A stretch of DNA of 64,000 nt from Macrostomum lignano (lineage: Eukaryota), in the NCBI GenBank assembly GCA_002269645.1, contig NIVC01003686.1:1-64000 (forward strand), in the 5' to 3' direction. This document shows, in pieces, positions 1-27,206 of the stretch. The position numbers were made by a program, and so were the translations under genes. How positions within the stretch are numbered: the first letter of the stretch is position 1; each line of letters begins with the position of its first letter. The notes beneath the pieces were generated by a model. The model was not told where the DNA came from. It saw only the letters and a program-made list of their open reading frames with translations, and made no database searches.

Positions 1-575
1 GTGAGATGGAAGGGTGAGATGGAAGGGTTGAGATGGAAGGGTGAGATGGAAAGGGTGAGATGTGAAGGTGAGATGGAAGGGTGAGATGGAAGGTGAGAAG
101 AAAGGTTTGAGATGGAAGGGTGAGATGGAAGGTTGAGATCGAAGGAGTGAGAGGGAAGGGTAAGATGTAGGGTGAGATGGAAGGGTGAGATGAAGGGTGG
201 ATGGAGAGGTGAGATTGAAGGGAGTGAGATGGAAAGGTTAAGATGGAAGGGTGAGATGGAAGGGTGAGATGGAAGGGTGAGATGAAGGGTGAGATGGAAG
301 GGTGAGATGGAAAAAAGGTGAGATGGAAGGGTGAGGTGGAAGGGTGAGGTGGAAGGGTGAGATGGAAGGGTGAGATAAAAGGGGTGAGATGGAAGGGTGA
401 GGTGAAGGGTGAGATGGAAGGGTGAGATGGAATGGGTGAGATGCAAGGGTGAGATGGAAGGGTGAGATGGAAGGGTGAGAGGAAGGGTGAGATGAAGGGT
501 GAGATGTGAGGGTGAGATGGAAGGGTGAGATGTGAGGGTGAGATGGAAGGGTGAGATGGAAGGGGTGAGATGCAA
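1..575. repeat. Noisy 13-bp minisatellite (GGTGAGATGGAAG)n, running off the window start
   Basis: Unit directly visible; many 1-bp indels. Confidence 0.95.
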
Positions 576-1235
576 GGGTGGGTGAGAGAAGGGGCTGTCA
601 GGAGAGTCATGAACAGTAAAAGCATGGGCGGGAAAAAATCCGAAGAGAGCGGGAGGCTTGGGAGAAAGCTGCTGAATAGAAAAAAGGGAAGTTACAGAAT
701 TGTGAAGTCGGTGGGAGAGAGTGAGGTAAGGAACGCCCACCTTGGGAGTATTGATTGGGGAATACAGTAAGACAATACCCACGCGGCGGCTGCCTAAGCA
801 TTCCACCTTGCCATACCATCGCTGCCTTAAGCCTCAACCTCCGTCACGCCCCACTTTTTCTGCTTCCTTCCTCCGATTCCTCACTAATGCTCAAGCTTAT
901 GGAAGAAGTTGCGGCTCTTCTCCGACACGCCAGCTCACAGCTGGAGGCCTCTCCGTCCCGCCTCAACACGTGCAAGTGTGTTGAGCAGAATCGGCATTGA
1001 GGGATTTTGTTTGAGCGCGTGAATGAGAAGGCTTTCTTTCGCTTTGTAAAAAAGCCAATTGCAAAGTTTAACAAAGAGAGACATGAGGCCAGGACCTTGG
1101 AGTAGCAGCTCTGTCTCAAAACCAGCACTGTCAGATACCAATGACCTGAAGTTTCTTTTCCAGTGTACATACAGCAGATTCTGCTGCTTACAGGTGATAA
1201 GTCATAGCTCAGCTTGTGACTCACGGCTCCTAGCT

Positions 1236-2108
1236 CATGGCTCATAGCTCATGGCTCATAGCTTATGGCTCATAGGTCATAGCTCATAGCTCGAAGCTCA
1301 TAGCTAATAGCTCATAGCTCATAGCTCATAGCTCATAGCTCATAGCTCATAGCTCATAGCTCATAGCTCATAGCTCATAGCTCATAGCTCATAGCTCATA
1401 GCTCAGTTCATAGCTCATAGCTCATAGCTCATAGCTCAGTTCATAGCTCATAGCTCATAGCTCATAGCTCATAGCTCATAGCTCAGTTCATAGCTCATAG
1501 CTCATAGCTCATAGCTCAGTTCATAGCTCATAGCTCATAGCTCAGTTCATAGCTCATAGCTCATAGCTCAGTTCATAGCTCATAGCTCATAGCTCAATTC
1601 ATAGCTCATAGCTCATAGCTCATAGCTCAGTTCATAGCTCATAGCTCAGTTCATAGCTCATAGCTCATAGCTAATAGCTCAGTTCATAGCTCATAGCTCA
1701 TAGCTCATAGCTCATAGCTCAGTTCATAGCTCATAGCTCATAGCTCATAGCTCAGTTCATAGCTCATAGCTCATAGCTCATAGCTCATAGCTCATAGCTC
1801 AGTTCATAGCTCATAGCTCATAGCTCATAGCTCAGTTCATAGCTCATAGCTCATAGCTCATAGCTCATAGCTCATAGCTCAGTTCATAGCTCATAGCTCA
1901 TAGCTCATAGCTCATAGCTCAGTTCATAGCTCATAGCTCATAGCTCATAGCTCAGTTCATAGCTCATAGCTCATAGCTCATAGCTCATAGCTCATAGCTC
2001 AGTTCATAGCTCATAGCTCATAGCTCATAACTCATAGCTCATAGCTCATAGCTCAGTTCATAGCTCATAGCTCATAGCTCATAGCTCAGTTCATAGCTCA
2101 TAGCTCAT
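1236..2108. repeat. 7-bp tandem repeat (CATAGCT)n with periodic 5-bp CAGTT interruptions
   Basis: Directly visible; degenerate units continue to ~2290. Confidence 0.95.
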
Positions 2109-2519
2109 ACGAGCAAGTTAATCTCATAGCTAATCTCATAGCTAATTTGTCCAATCAAGTGCAAACGAAGGCTAGGCAAATCAGTGCTAATATATCAGTA
2201 GCGCTGATAGTAGTTCATGGCTCATAGAGACTATCTCATAGGCTATTGCTTAGAATCTAAACTCGCGTAGCAGTGAGCTAGTCAGTCTAGTGCTCTACTG
2301 GTGTCCAAAATAGGGGGCCTGAGGAAAGCTTGTAAGTCCAGGGTCTGGGCGTAGCAAACACCCACTCAGCTTCCACTGCATCCGTGAAATGTTGCTTATT
2401 TCTGTCCAGCTTTCTCCAATTTAGTTCAGTCTGGGGATTCACTCCCCACTGACACCAGTCCCCTGAATGCTTAACCACTGTAGCACTAGGCTGTGTCTCC
2501 CATTGGTCTATCCGGCTTT

Positions 2520-2940
2520 AGCCAATCAAAATCGAGCTATGGCTATTACTATAATCCAGGAGCAGCAGTAGTAAGCTCTACGCTGCTGGGCGTCATTACG
2601 GAGTGGGCGGGAAGAGAGAGAGAGTGACAATTGTCTATAGCGAAGCGATAATTGGACCTGGGGGTTGGGAGAGGGTGGTGGTTCCACGCCCGAACGCCTC
2701 CTCCCGCAGGCAGCGGGGGCTATAAACCGCTGTCCTCACTCATGCCGCCAACAATCACACGCTTGTCCTGGTGTAGCAGTGTGGAGAGTGCTTAGGCTAC
2801 AGTAAAGCGCTGAGAAGTTTTTTTTGAGAATCCAAGGATAGATCAACTCTAATTGATTATAGAGTAGACACTGGGCAGAGACTTGCTATTTTGATTCTTT
2901 AGAACCAAAAAAGGAGATGCAGCATACCGGAGGTGAGTTT
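2520..2940 (+). promoter_or_regulatory. Possible Pol II promoter (CCAAT 2521, GC box ~2606, TATAAA 2721) and a short ATG-containing exon 2903-2932 followed by GTGAGT
   Basis: Motif spacing, plus TTCTTTAG acceptor and AG|GTGAGT donor. Could be the 5' end of the PKDCC-like gene, but the splice phase to exon 5597 is not cleanly compatible. Confidence 0.25.
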
Positions 2941-2991
2941 ACAGAGAAGACTCTTTACTGGAATTTAGTACTCGAAGTTATTAGTGGATTC

Positions 2992-3656
2992 CAGGGGCGG
3001 ATTTAAGGGGGACCGCCCCCATCTTGTGGCTGGCCCCTTTTTCTTTTGGGCTAATAAGGTCCTCACCGCCCTCAGTTTGCTCAGTATGGCGCCTCTCTTG
3101 TCTATATTATGGCGCCCCTCTTGTCTATATTATGGCGTCCCTCTTGTCTATGGCGCTCCTCTTGTCTATATTATGGCGTCCCTCTTGTCTATGGCGCCCT
3201 CTTGTCTATATTATGGCGCCCCTCTTGTCTATGGCGCCCCTCTTGTCTATGGCGCCCCTCTTGTCTATATTATGGCGTCCCTCTAGTGTATATTATGGCG
3301 CCCCTCTAGTGTATATTATGGCGCCCTCTTGTCTATATTATAACGCCCCTCTTGTTTATATTATAACGCCCCTCTCGTCTATACTATGGCGCCCTTCTCG
3401 TCTATATTATGGCGCCCCTCTTGTCTATATTATAACGCCCCTCTTGTTTATATTATAACGCCCCTCTCGTCTATACTATGGCGCCCTTCTCGTCTATATT
3501 ATGACGCCCCTCTAGTGTATATTATGGCGCCCCTCTAGTGTATATTATGGCGCTCCTCTCGTCTATACTATGGCGCCCCTCTCGTCTATACTACGGCACA
3601 CCACTCTTATGGTTAAAATCCACTCCCCTCATTTTATATTTCTAAATCCGCCTCTG
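2992..3656. mobile_element. hAT-type MITE carrying an internal ~23-bp minisatellite
   Basis: TIRs CAGGGGCGGATTTA (2992) / TAAATCCGCCTCTG (3643-3656); perfect 8-bp TSD GTGGATTC (2984-2991, 3657-3664); internal (TATGGCGCCCCTCTTGTCTATAT)n at ~3085-3595. Confidence 0.9.
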
Positions 3657-3756
3657 GTGGATTCCAGTAGGAAAGTTTAATACACGCAGGCAACAGATCT
3701 GTATCTGTAAAAGATGCATCTATGGTTTATGGTTAACAGCAACTAAGGTTAAAGAA

Positions 3757-3980
3757 TAGCCCTAAACCAAGGAATTCTAAATCTAGCATTTAGAATTCCT
3801 TGCCTAAACCCAAAAAATGGAAATGACAAAATGACAATCGGTCATTTAAAACAACGAAATTTTACAGTGTACACTGTCAAAGTTAAGATTGATCATAATT
3901 ACGGAACTTTTCTAAACTTTCGAACTTGAATTGAATCTTGCGAATAGGGTTAGTAGTATGCTACATCTGGTTTAGGGCTA
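3757..3980. mobile_element. Candidate small MITE
   Basis: 13-bp inverted repeat TAGCCCTAAACCA / TGGTTTAGGGCTA; TSD ambiguous (possibly TA). Confidence 0.3.
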
Positions 3981-4454
3981 AAGGCTACCCTATGAAGTTT
4001 AGTACGTGGTTACATCCCTAACACTTGAACGAAGGGTTGTTTAAGCCAGGTGACATCCCTGCACTCACACAGCTTGCTTCATCGTGCTTCTGATCTGCTG
4101 CACCCAAACCTGCCTGCCTGCTTTGGCTAACAAGCAGATCAAGGGATGGCCATTGCGCTTGACTTTTTGGCTGACAGACAGGGAGGTCAGTTTCACAAAG
4201 GCCCAGAGCATCCAGCATCCCCTTGGCACCCAGTCAGTTGCCATGCCTTTCTGACAGTTGCCGCTGTCTGTCTCTTTCTAGTGTAGTGTGTCGGATTTCC
4301 GCAGAGTTGATGAGCGGGTGTGGTGAAGGATAGCGAGTCCTGTGCACGAAACACTAGCCCAGGGAGCTAGAGAATTAGACAGTCAGGCCCGCTGTACATC
4401 CTGTGGCAGCGTGTGTAAGAGTGCGTGCCTGAGTACAGTGTTGGCATATGCTCA

Positions 4455-5583
4455 TAGGGTCACACTCTCAATAGTAACAGAAGGGTCACACTCTCAATAG
4501 TAACAGAGGGTCACACTCTCAATAGTAACAGAGGGTCACACTCTCAATAGTAACAGAGGGTCACACAATAGTAACTGAGGGTCACACAATAGTAACTGAG
4601 GGTCACACAATAGTAACTGAGGGTCACACAATAGTAACAGAGGGTCACACAATGGTAACAGAGGGTCACACAATAGTAACAGAGGGTCACACTCTCAATG
4701 GTAACAGAGGGTCACACTCTCAATAGTAACAGAGGGTCACACAATAGTAACTGAGGGTCACACTCTCAATGGTAACAGAGGGTCACACTCTCAATAGTAA
4801 CAGAGGGTCACACAATAGTAACTGAGGGTCACACAATAGTAACTGAGGGTCACACAATAGTAACTGAGGGTCACACAATAGTAACAGAGGGTCACACAAT
4901 GGTAACAGAGGGTCACACAATAGTAACAGAGGGTCACACTCTCAATGGTAACTGAGGGTCACTCTCTCAATGGTAACAGAGGGTCACACAATAGTAACAG
5001 AGGGTCACACAATAGTAACTGAGGGTCACACAATAGTAACAGAGGGTCACACAATGGTAACAGAGGGTCACACAATAGTAACAGAGGGTCACACTCTCAA
5101 TGGTAACAGAGGGTCACACTCTCAATAGTAACAGAGGGTCACACTCTCAATAGTAACAGAGGGTCACACTCTCAATAGTAACAGAGGGTCACACTCTCAA
5201 TAGTAACAGAGGGTCACACAATAGTAACAGAGGGTCACACTCTCAATAGTAACAGAGGGTCACACTCTCAATAGTAACAGAGGGTCACACAATAGTAACA
5301 GAGGGTCACACTCTCAATAGTAACAGAGGGTCACACTCTCAATAGTAACAGAGGGTCACACTCTCAATAGTAACAGAGGGTCACACTCTCAATAGTAACT
5401 GAAGGTCACACTCTCAATAGTAACAGAGGGTCACACAATAGTAACAGAGGGTCACACAATGGTAACAGAGGGTCACACAATAGTAACAGAGGGTCACACA
5501 ATGGTAACAGAGGGTCACACAATAGTAACAGAGGGTCACACAATAGTAACAGAGGGTCACACAATAGTAACAGAGGGTCACAC
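4455..5583. repeat. 21/25-bp minisatellite GGGTCACAC(TCTC)AATAGTAACAGA
   Basis: Two length variants interspersed; ends ~13 bp before the PKDCC-like exon. Confidence 0.95.
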
Positions 5584-5596
5584 TCAATGGTAGCAG

Positions 5597-15214
<9,618 letters not shown>

Positions 15215-16719
15215 CCAACATGTCGTATATAGGCTAATTAAAAGCCTTAACAGATGTTCGATTGGCAATCACTCTAGAATCTCTCTATACACAGTTCTTA
15301 GTATAAAGCAATCGTGTAAACACACTGTCATAAGGTATAAGTACATGTAGATGCGACCCAAGACTTTACTATAGGACAAGTAGGACACACATAACTCCCC
15401 ACCCAGGCATTTATCCGCTGTGATGCTTGTACAGCGCACTAATTATGTTTATTAAAGAATATTTATTGCCAGACAGACGGTCTCAGTAACCTGAGACTGG
15501 TTCGGGGCAAACTGATTGAATTATTGAAAATCATAAGCTACCTATTGTGCAATGCTTGCGGTTGTCACTATAACATTTTATTATCATTTCTTATTACATG
15601 ATGCAATTCCTACTTATGTATATACAAAATTATATGCACGTGATTTTGCACATTTGATTTTGTACTACTTAATATTTAATGCATGTGACTTGGCACCAAT
15701 TTACACACACGCACATAGTTCTATCAGCTGTCGACTAATGTACAAATATAAAAATGAATCAATGAAATATAATTTGTCTGTCTCTGTCAATTAATATCTT
15801 TTCGCAAGCTTCAGAAGCAAATTATCAATGCAATTAAATTATAAGGAATCCATGTATTTATCAGGTACTTATTACAATAATATAATAAGGATTTTACAAT
15901 GAACTGATGACTACACAGAAACAATTGATTCAATTCCAGTAGAATGAGAGGAGATACAGATCCAACGCGGGAATATATAACGCGGTAATCTCTGAATTAG
16001 CGCAAATCACAGAACACACAAACTATATATAGTACTCTTAGCTATACAACACGATATTTTAGAGACATCTGAATGCGCATAATAAGCTTAGAAATCTGAT
16101 TAAAGCTTGAAAGATTGCTTGTGACCACAGGGAAATTTTCAGATATTTATTCTAATTATTTTGTAGTCACTCTGTCATAACATGGGAAGCTCCTTTAACA
16201 CCAGTCTGATCCTGAAATAAACCATGCAGCCGAATCTTAAGAAGTACTTCCATGGAAAGGTTGGGACAAATTAAAAATAAACAAAGGAGACACATATTTG
16301 CGCTACAACATAACTAATATAAACACAAATAAACTCGCTCACAGATAATAAGTACACAAAGCACAAAGCACACAGAGAATAAGTATACACATACTACTTA
16401 ATAGCGCGAATAATATAGTAGTACCAAAGTGCGAGCATGGTAAAACGTAATTTTTTCGATAAATTAAAAAAACTGATATAAAGCATGGCTTTTAGAGGCG
16501 CAAAATGCGAATTTATGCGTTGTTCGCTAATAGAATGCAATAGCTAATGCTCATAGTTATTGTTAAACTGCATTTAAATATCCGAAAATTACCGCACAAG
16601 TATTTAAGATACAAGCGTAGAATACAAATAATAAGAAAAAAAATTAATTTTCAATGCGAGCGCACAAAATATTTTAGGATCAAAGCCAGCTCAAATGAAA
16701 TACCTGTGTTGTAAAATAT

Positions 16720-17950
16720 ACCTGCATCATTCATTGGGAAACCTGCATCATTCATTGGGAAACCTGCATCATTCATTGGGAAACCTGCATCATTGATTGG
16801 AAAACCTGCATCATAGATTGGGAAACCTGCATCATTCATTGGGAAACCTGCATCATAGATTGGGAAACCTGCATCATTCATTGGGAAACCTGCATCATAG
16901 ATTGGGAAACCTGCATCATAGATTGGAAAACCTGCATCATAGATTGGGAAACCTGCATCATAGATTGGGAAACCTGCATCATTCATTGGGAAACCTGCAT
17001 CATAGATTGGGAATCCTGCATCATAGATTGGGAAACCTGCATCATTCATTGGGAAACCTGCATCATTCATTGGGAAACCTGCATCATTCATTGGGAAACC
17101 TGCATCATTCATTGGGAAACCTGCATCATAGATTGGGAAACCTGCATCATTCATTGGGAAACCTGCATCATAGATTGGGAAACCTGCATCATTCATTGGG
17201 AAACCTGCATCATAGATTGGGAAACCTGCATCATTCATTGGGAAACCTGCATCATAGATTGGGAAACCTGCATCATTCATTGGGAAACCTGCATCATAGA
17301 TTGGGAAACCTGCATCATTCATTGGGAAACCTGCATCATAGATTGGGAAACCTGCATCATAGATTGGGAAACCTGCATCATAGATTGGGAAACCTGCATC
17401 ATAGATTGGGAAACCTGCATCATATATTGGGAAACCTGCATCATAGATTGGGAAACCTGCATCATTCATTGGGAAACCTGCATCATAGATTGGGAAACCT
17501 GCATCATATATTGGGAAACCTGCATCATAGATTGGGAAACCTGCATCATAGATTGGGAAACCTGCATCATTCATTGGGAAACCTGCATCATTCATTGGGA
17601 AACCTGCATCATTCATTAAGAAACCTGCATCATAGATTGGGAAACCTGCATCATAGATTGGGAAACCTGCATCATATATTGGGAAACCTGCATCATAGAT
17701 TGGGAAACCTGCATCATTCATTGGGAAACCTGCATCATTCATTGGGAAACCTGCATCATAGATTGGGAAACCTGCATCATAGATTGGGAAACCTGCATCA
17801 TAGATTGGGAAACCTGCATCATATATTGGGAAACCTGCATCATAGATTGGGAAACCTGCATCATTCATTGGGAAACCTGTATTATTCATTGGGAAACCTG
17901 CATCATAGATGGGGAAAATGCTTCATTCATTGGGAAACCTGCACCATAGA
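16720..17950. repeat. 21-bp minisatellite GGGAAACCTGCATCA(TAGA/TTCA)TT between the convergent PKDCC and PI4KB 3' ends
   Basis: About 58 highly homogeneous copies of two main variants. Confidence 0.97.
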
Positions 17951-18327
17951 TTGGGACATAGAAACACACTGATAGTCGCAAAGACAACATCACATTTTCG
18001 TTGTAATGTGCACAGAGATCCATTAACAGTTAAACATTTGATATATAAAGTAAAAATACGTGACTGACCACTTAAAGACAATACTATTGTATATAGTGAT
18101 GATAAGTGTAAAAACAACACAGTAAACACCGAAAATAAAACTGGCCTCGTAAAATGAGGGCGCGAATTGATGCTCGAACTAAAAAGTAGATGGGATTCTT
18201 TCAACATAAACTGTTTGTTCTCTACAAAATGGCAAAAAATTATAAATCGGCATTTACTAATCCATTACTGGCTGTGAAATTCTATTCTTAAGAAAAAATA
18301 ATATGGATCTTGGGGTGCTGGCAGACA

Positions 18328-20578
18328 AGCAACTGAGGATCTGGGAGGCTGACCTAGCAACTGAGGATCTGGGAGGCTGGTGGCTCCGCAACTGAGGATC
18401 TGGGAGGCTGGCCTAGCAACTGAGGATCTGGGAGGCTGACCTAGCAACTGAGGATCTGGGAGGCTGGTGGCTCCGCAACTGAGGATCTGGGAGGCTGACC
18501 TAGCAACTGAGGATCTGGGAGTCTGACCTAGCAACTGAGGATCTGGGAGGCTGACCTAGCAACTGAGGATCTGGGAGTCTGACCTAGCAACTGAGGATCT
18601 GGGAGGCTGACCTAGCAACTGAGGATCTGGGAGGCTGGCCTAGCAACTGAGGATCTGGGAGGCTGACCTAGCAACTGAGGATCTGGGAGGCTGGTGGCTC
18701 CGTAACTGAGGATCTGGGAGGCTGACCTAGCAACTGAGGATCTGGGAGGCTGACCTAGGAACTGAGGATCTGGGAGGCTGGTGGCTTCGCAACTGAGGAT
18801 CTGGGAGTCTGACCTAGCAACTGAGGATCTGGGAGGCTGACCTAGCAACTGAGGATCTGGGAGGCTGGCCTAGCAACTGAGGATCTGGGAGGCTGGTGGC
18901 TCCGCAACTGAGGATCTGGGAGGCTGACCTAGCAACTGAGGATCTGGGAGGCTGGCCTAGCAACTGAGGATCTGGGAGGCTGACCTAGCAACTGAGGATC
19001 TGGGAGGCTGGTGGCTCCGTAACTGAGGATCTGGGAGGCTGACCTAGCAACTGAGGATCTGGGAGGCTGGTGGCTCCGCAACTGAGGATCTGGGAGGCTG
19101 ACCTAGGAACTGAGGATCTGGGAGGCTGGTGGCTCCGCAACTGAGGATCTGGGAGGCTGACCTAGCAACTGAGGATCTGGGAGGCTGGCCTAGCAACTGA
19201 GGATCTGGGAGGCTGGCCTAGCAACTGAGGATCTGGGAGGCTGACCTAGCAACTGAGGATCTGGGAGGCTGGTGGCTCCGCAACTGAGGATCTGGGAGGC
19301 TGGCCTAGCAACTGAGGATCTGGGAGGCTGGCCTAGCAACTGAGGATCTGGGAGGCTGGCCTAGCAACTGAGGATCTGGGAGGCTGGTGGCTCCGCAACT
19401 GAGGATCTGGGAGGCTGACCTAGCAACTGAGGATCTGGGAGGCTGGCCTAGCAACTGAGGATCTGGGAGGCTGGTGGCTCCGCAACTGAGGATCTGGGAG
19501 GCTGACCTAGCAACTGAGGATCTGGGAGGCTGGCCTAGCAACTGAGGATCTGGGAGGCTGGTGGCTCCGTAACTGAGGATCTGGGAGGCTGACCTAGCAA
19601 CTGAGGATCTGGGAGGCTGGTGGCTCCGCAACTGAGGATCTGGGAGGCTGACCTAGGAACTGAGGATCTGGGAGGCTGGTGGCTCCGCAACTGAGGATCT
19701 GGGAGGCTGACCTAGCAACTGAGGATCTGGGAGGCTGGCCTAGCAACTGAGGATCTGGGAGGCTGACCTAGCAACTGAGGATCTGGGAGGCTGACCTAGC
19801 AACTGAGGATCTGGGAGGCTGGCCTAGCAACTGAGGATCTGGGAGGCTGGCCTAGCAACTGAGGATCTGGGAGGCTGGCCTAGCAACTGAGGATCTGGGA
19901 GGCTGGTGGCTCCGCAACTGAGGATCTGGGAGGCTGACCTAGCAACTGAGGATCTGGGAGGCTGGCCTAGCAACTGAGGATCTGGGAGGCTGGTGGCTCC
20001 GTAACTGAGGATCTGGGAGGCTGACCTAGCAACTGAGGATCTGGGAGGCTGGTGGCTCCGCAACTGAGGATCTGGGAGGCTGACCTAGGAACTGAGGATC
20101 TGGGAGGCTGGTGGCTCCGCAACTGAGGATCTGGGAGGCTGACCTAGCAACTGAGGATCTGGGAGGCTGGCCTAGCAACTGAGGATCTGGGAGGCTGACC
20201 TAGCAACTGAGGATCTGGGAGGCTGGCCTAGCAACTGAGGATCTGGGAGGCTGACCTAGCAACTGAGGATCTGGGAGGCTGGTGGCTCCGTAACTGAGGA
20301 TCTGGGAGGCTGACCTAGGAACTGAGGATCTGGGAGGCTGACCTAGCAACTGAGGATCTGGGAGGCTGGTGGCTCCGCAACTGAGGATCTGGGAGGCTGA
20401 CCTAGGAACTGAGGATCTGGGAGGCTGGCCTAGCAACTGAGGATCTGGGAGGCTGGCCTAGCAACTGAGGATCTGGGAGGCTGGCCTAGCAACTGAGGAT
20501 CTAGGAGGCTGGTCCAGCAACTGAGGATCTGGGAGGGTGACTCAGCAACTGAGGATCTGGGAGGCTGGCCCAGCAACT
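18328..20578. repeat. 28/31-bp minisatellite GCAACTGAGGATCTGGGAGGCTG(ACCTA/GCCTA/GTGGCTCC)
   Basis: About 78 copies with higher-order 87-bp blocks; ends ~170 bp from the PI4KB stop. Confidence 0.97.
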
Positions 20579-20746
20579 TAGGATGTGGGTGAGCGACAGG
20601 TCATAATACACCGTTAGGTACAAAGAATCACAGCAAATGCCCAAACAGGCCATAAAAGCTTAGAAAAAACGCTAATAAAGTTCAAGTAGAAGCAACTGCA
20701 GAAAGCGAAGAAACGCAGGAAAAGTTAGGAAATCTGAGAAAATCAT

Positions 20747-25653
<4,907 letters not shown>

Positions 25654-27206
25654 AGTAGCTACGGCTGGTGACGGCTAGCCTGAAGAGAGCGGCAACAGCC
25701 TTTAGCTAATGGATGGGAACAGGGCATAATACTACTAGTCTATATTACTAGTAGCTACTAATGCCTACGTGTGCCCTTATTTGACAAGCCAGGAAAATAT
25801 CAGAGAAATTGTCACAATTCCGACTTCACACGAGATTTGAAAGCTACACACCTGCCCGGGATTTCACTAATTCTCAATTAGTTTCGGCCCACAACCAGTG
25901 GTGACACCTGATTCCGCTGACTCCTGACCACATTATTACGCGTTAAGATATTAGGGAAAGGGGTTTGGTTCTGATAAACTGCTGACACTACATTATTAAA
26001 AGAAGCAAGAAAAAGAAAGCAAATTCGATCAAAGAAGACAAAACCAGCAACCCGGAACAGCGATCAAGTACATCAGGATTATATAGTTAAAGCAGCAACA
26101 AAGAAGCAGAAAAGCTCCGCTGTTCCGGGCGAGGATCTCAAATTCATATATTTTTAATCAATAATTAGCAAGTTTTAATCATTTTTAATTGCGTTTTTAT
26201 TCAATAATTCAATGATGATAGTCACCAGAAGTTCGCCACCAGAAACATTGATGCCTCTTTATGACTTTGTGGGAGGAGGGTCGCAATCGTTGGGGATTAT
26301 TAGTATTTTAAATATAGAGTTGCAGGTGTTTAAAAGCACAGATAAGGTGCGAGAATAGACTGCTGATATAATGTTTAGGCCAACAATAAGTTATATAACA
26401 ATCAGAAAAACAGGTAAATAGAATCAACAAATCCTGTGCCTACTTACAGTAGCGCATTAAGCGGGAAACACGGACAATCTGTTGAAGGATTATAAGAAAA
26501 AAACCCGATTCCCAAGCAATTAATTAATTAATTATCCATAGTTATTCAAGCGTCAAGCAAACAAACACGCATGCATATAATAGATAGACAAACAAATATA
26601 GTTGATGCAAATACGAGAAATGTTTGGCTTCATAGGCACGCGTTTAACAAAGTTTAATTGAAGGGGCCTCAGGAGAAAACGTGCACTTACGCTCGTAAGC
26701 AAATTTCATAACTGCCTCTCTACTACCAGTATCTAATAAATAAATATAATAACTCTTACTAGGCAAAACACACTGACTAACAGTTAGCACAAAAACAAAT
26801 TGAAAATCTCAAACACCGCAAAGTTTTAAATAAAATAACACCAACTTGACACAGTAAAGTAATAGACAGCGAAACTAAAGGTGAAAAATTTATGTTAAGG
26901 ATTGCATTTTACTCTGTCGCACAGAACAAAAATGAAGCTATAATTAAATATTACTACTAGTTGTAGTATATATCCGAAAGAGATAAAGTATATTTGTATA
27001 AGCAAACAGCAGGTTAATCAATAAGAATATAATGTATATAGGGAGTAGAAATTAGACGGGAAAATGTGTCAACTATCGTTTTAGTTAAACTACTAACAGT
27101 AGCAAGCAGCAATATTATTATTTAAACGATTAGTTTTGAAGAAGAAGCCGCATCGGTTGTCATAAATTGCTCATAAATTAATCAATCATCGATGCCTGCC
27201 GCTTGT

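Noticed and set aside
16130-16300. Possible second Penelope-like relic
   Set aside because: Similarity too weak to support by eye.
18265-20436. Multiple ORFs with PPRSSVARSASQILSC repeats
   Set aside because: Translations of the 28/31-bp array, frequently stopped; no coding signal.
16720-20578. CRISPR-like appearance of regular repeats
   Set aside because: No unique spacers, units are directly adjacent, no cas genes, eukaryotic context.
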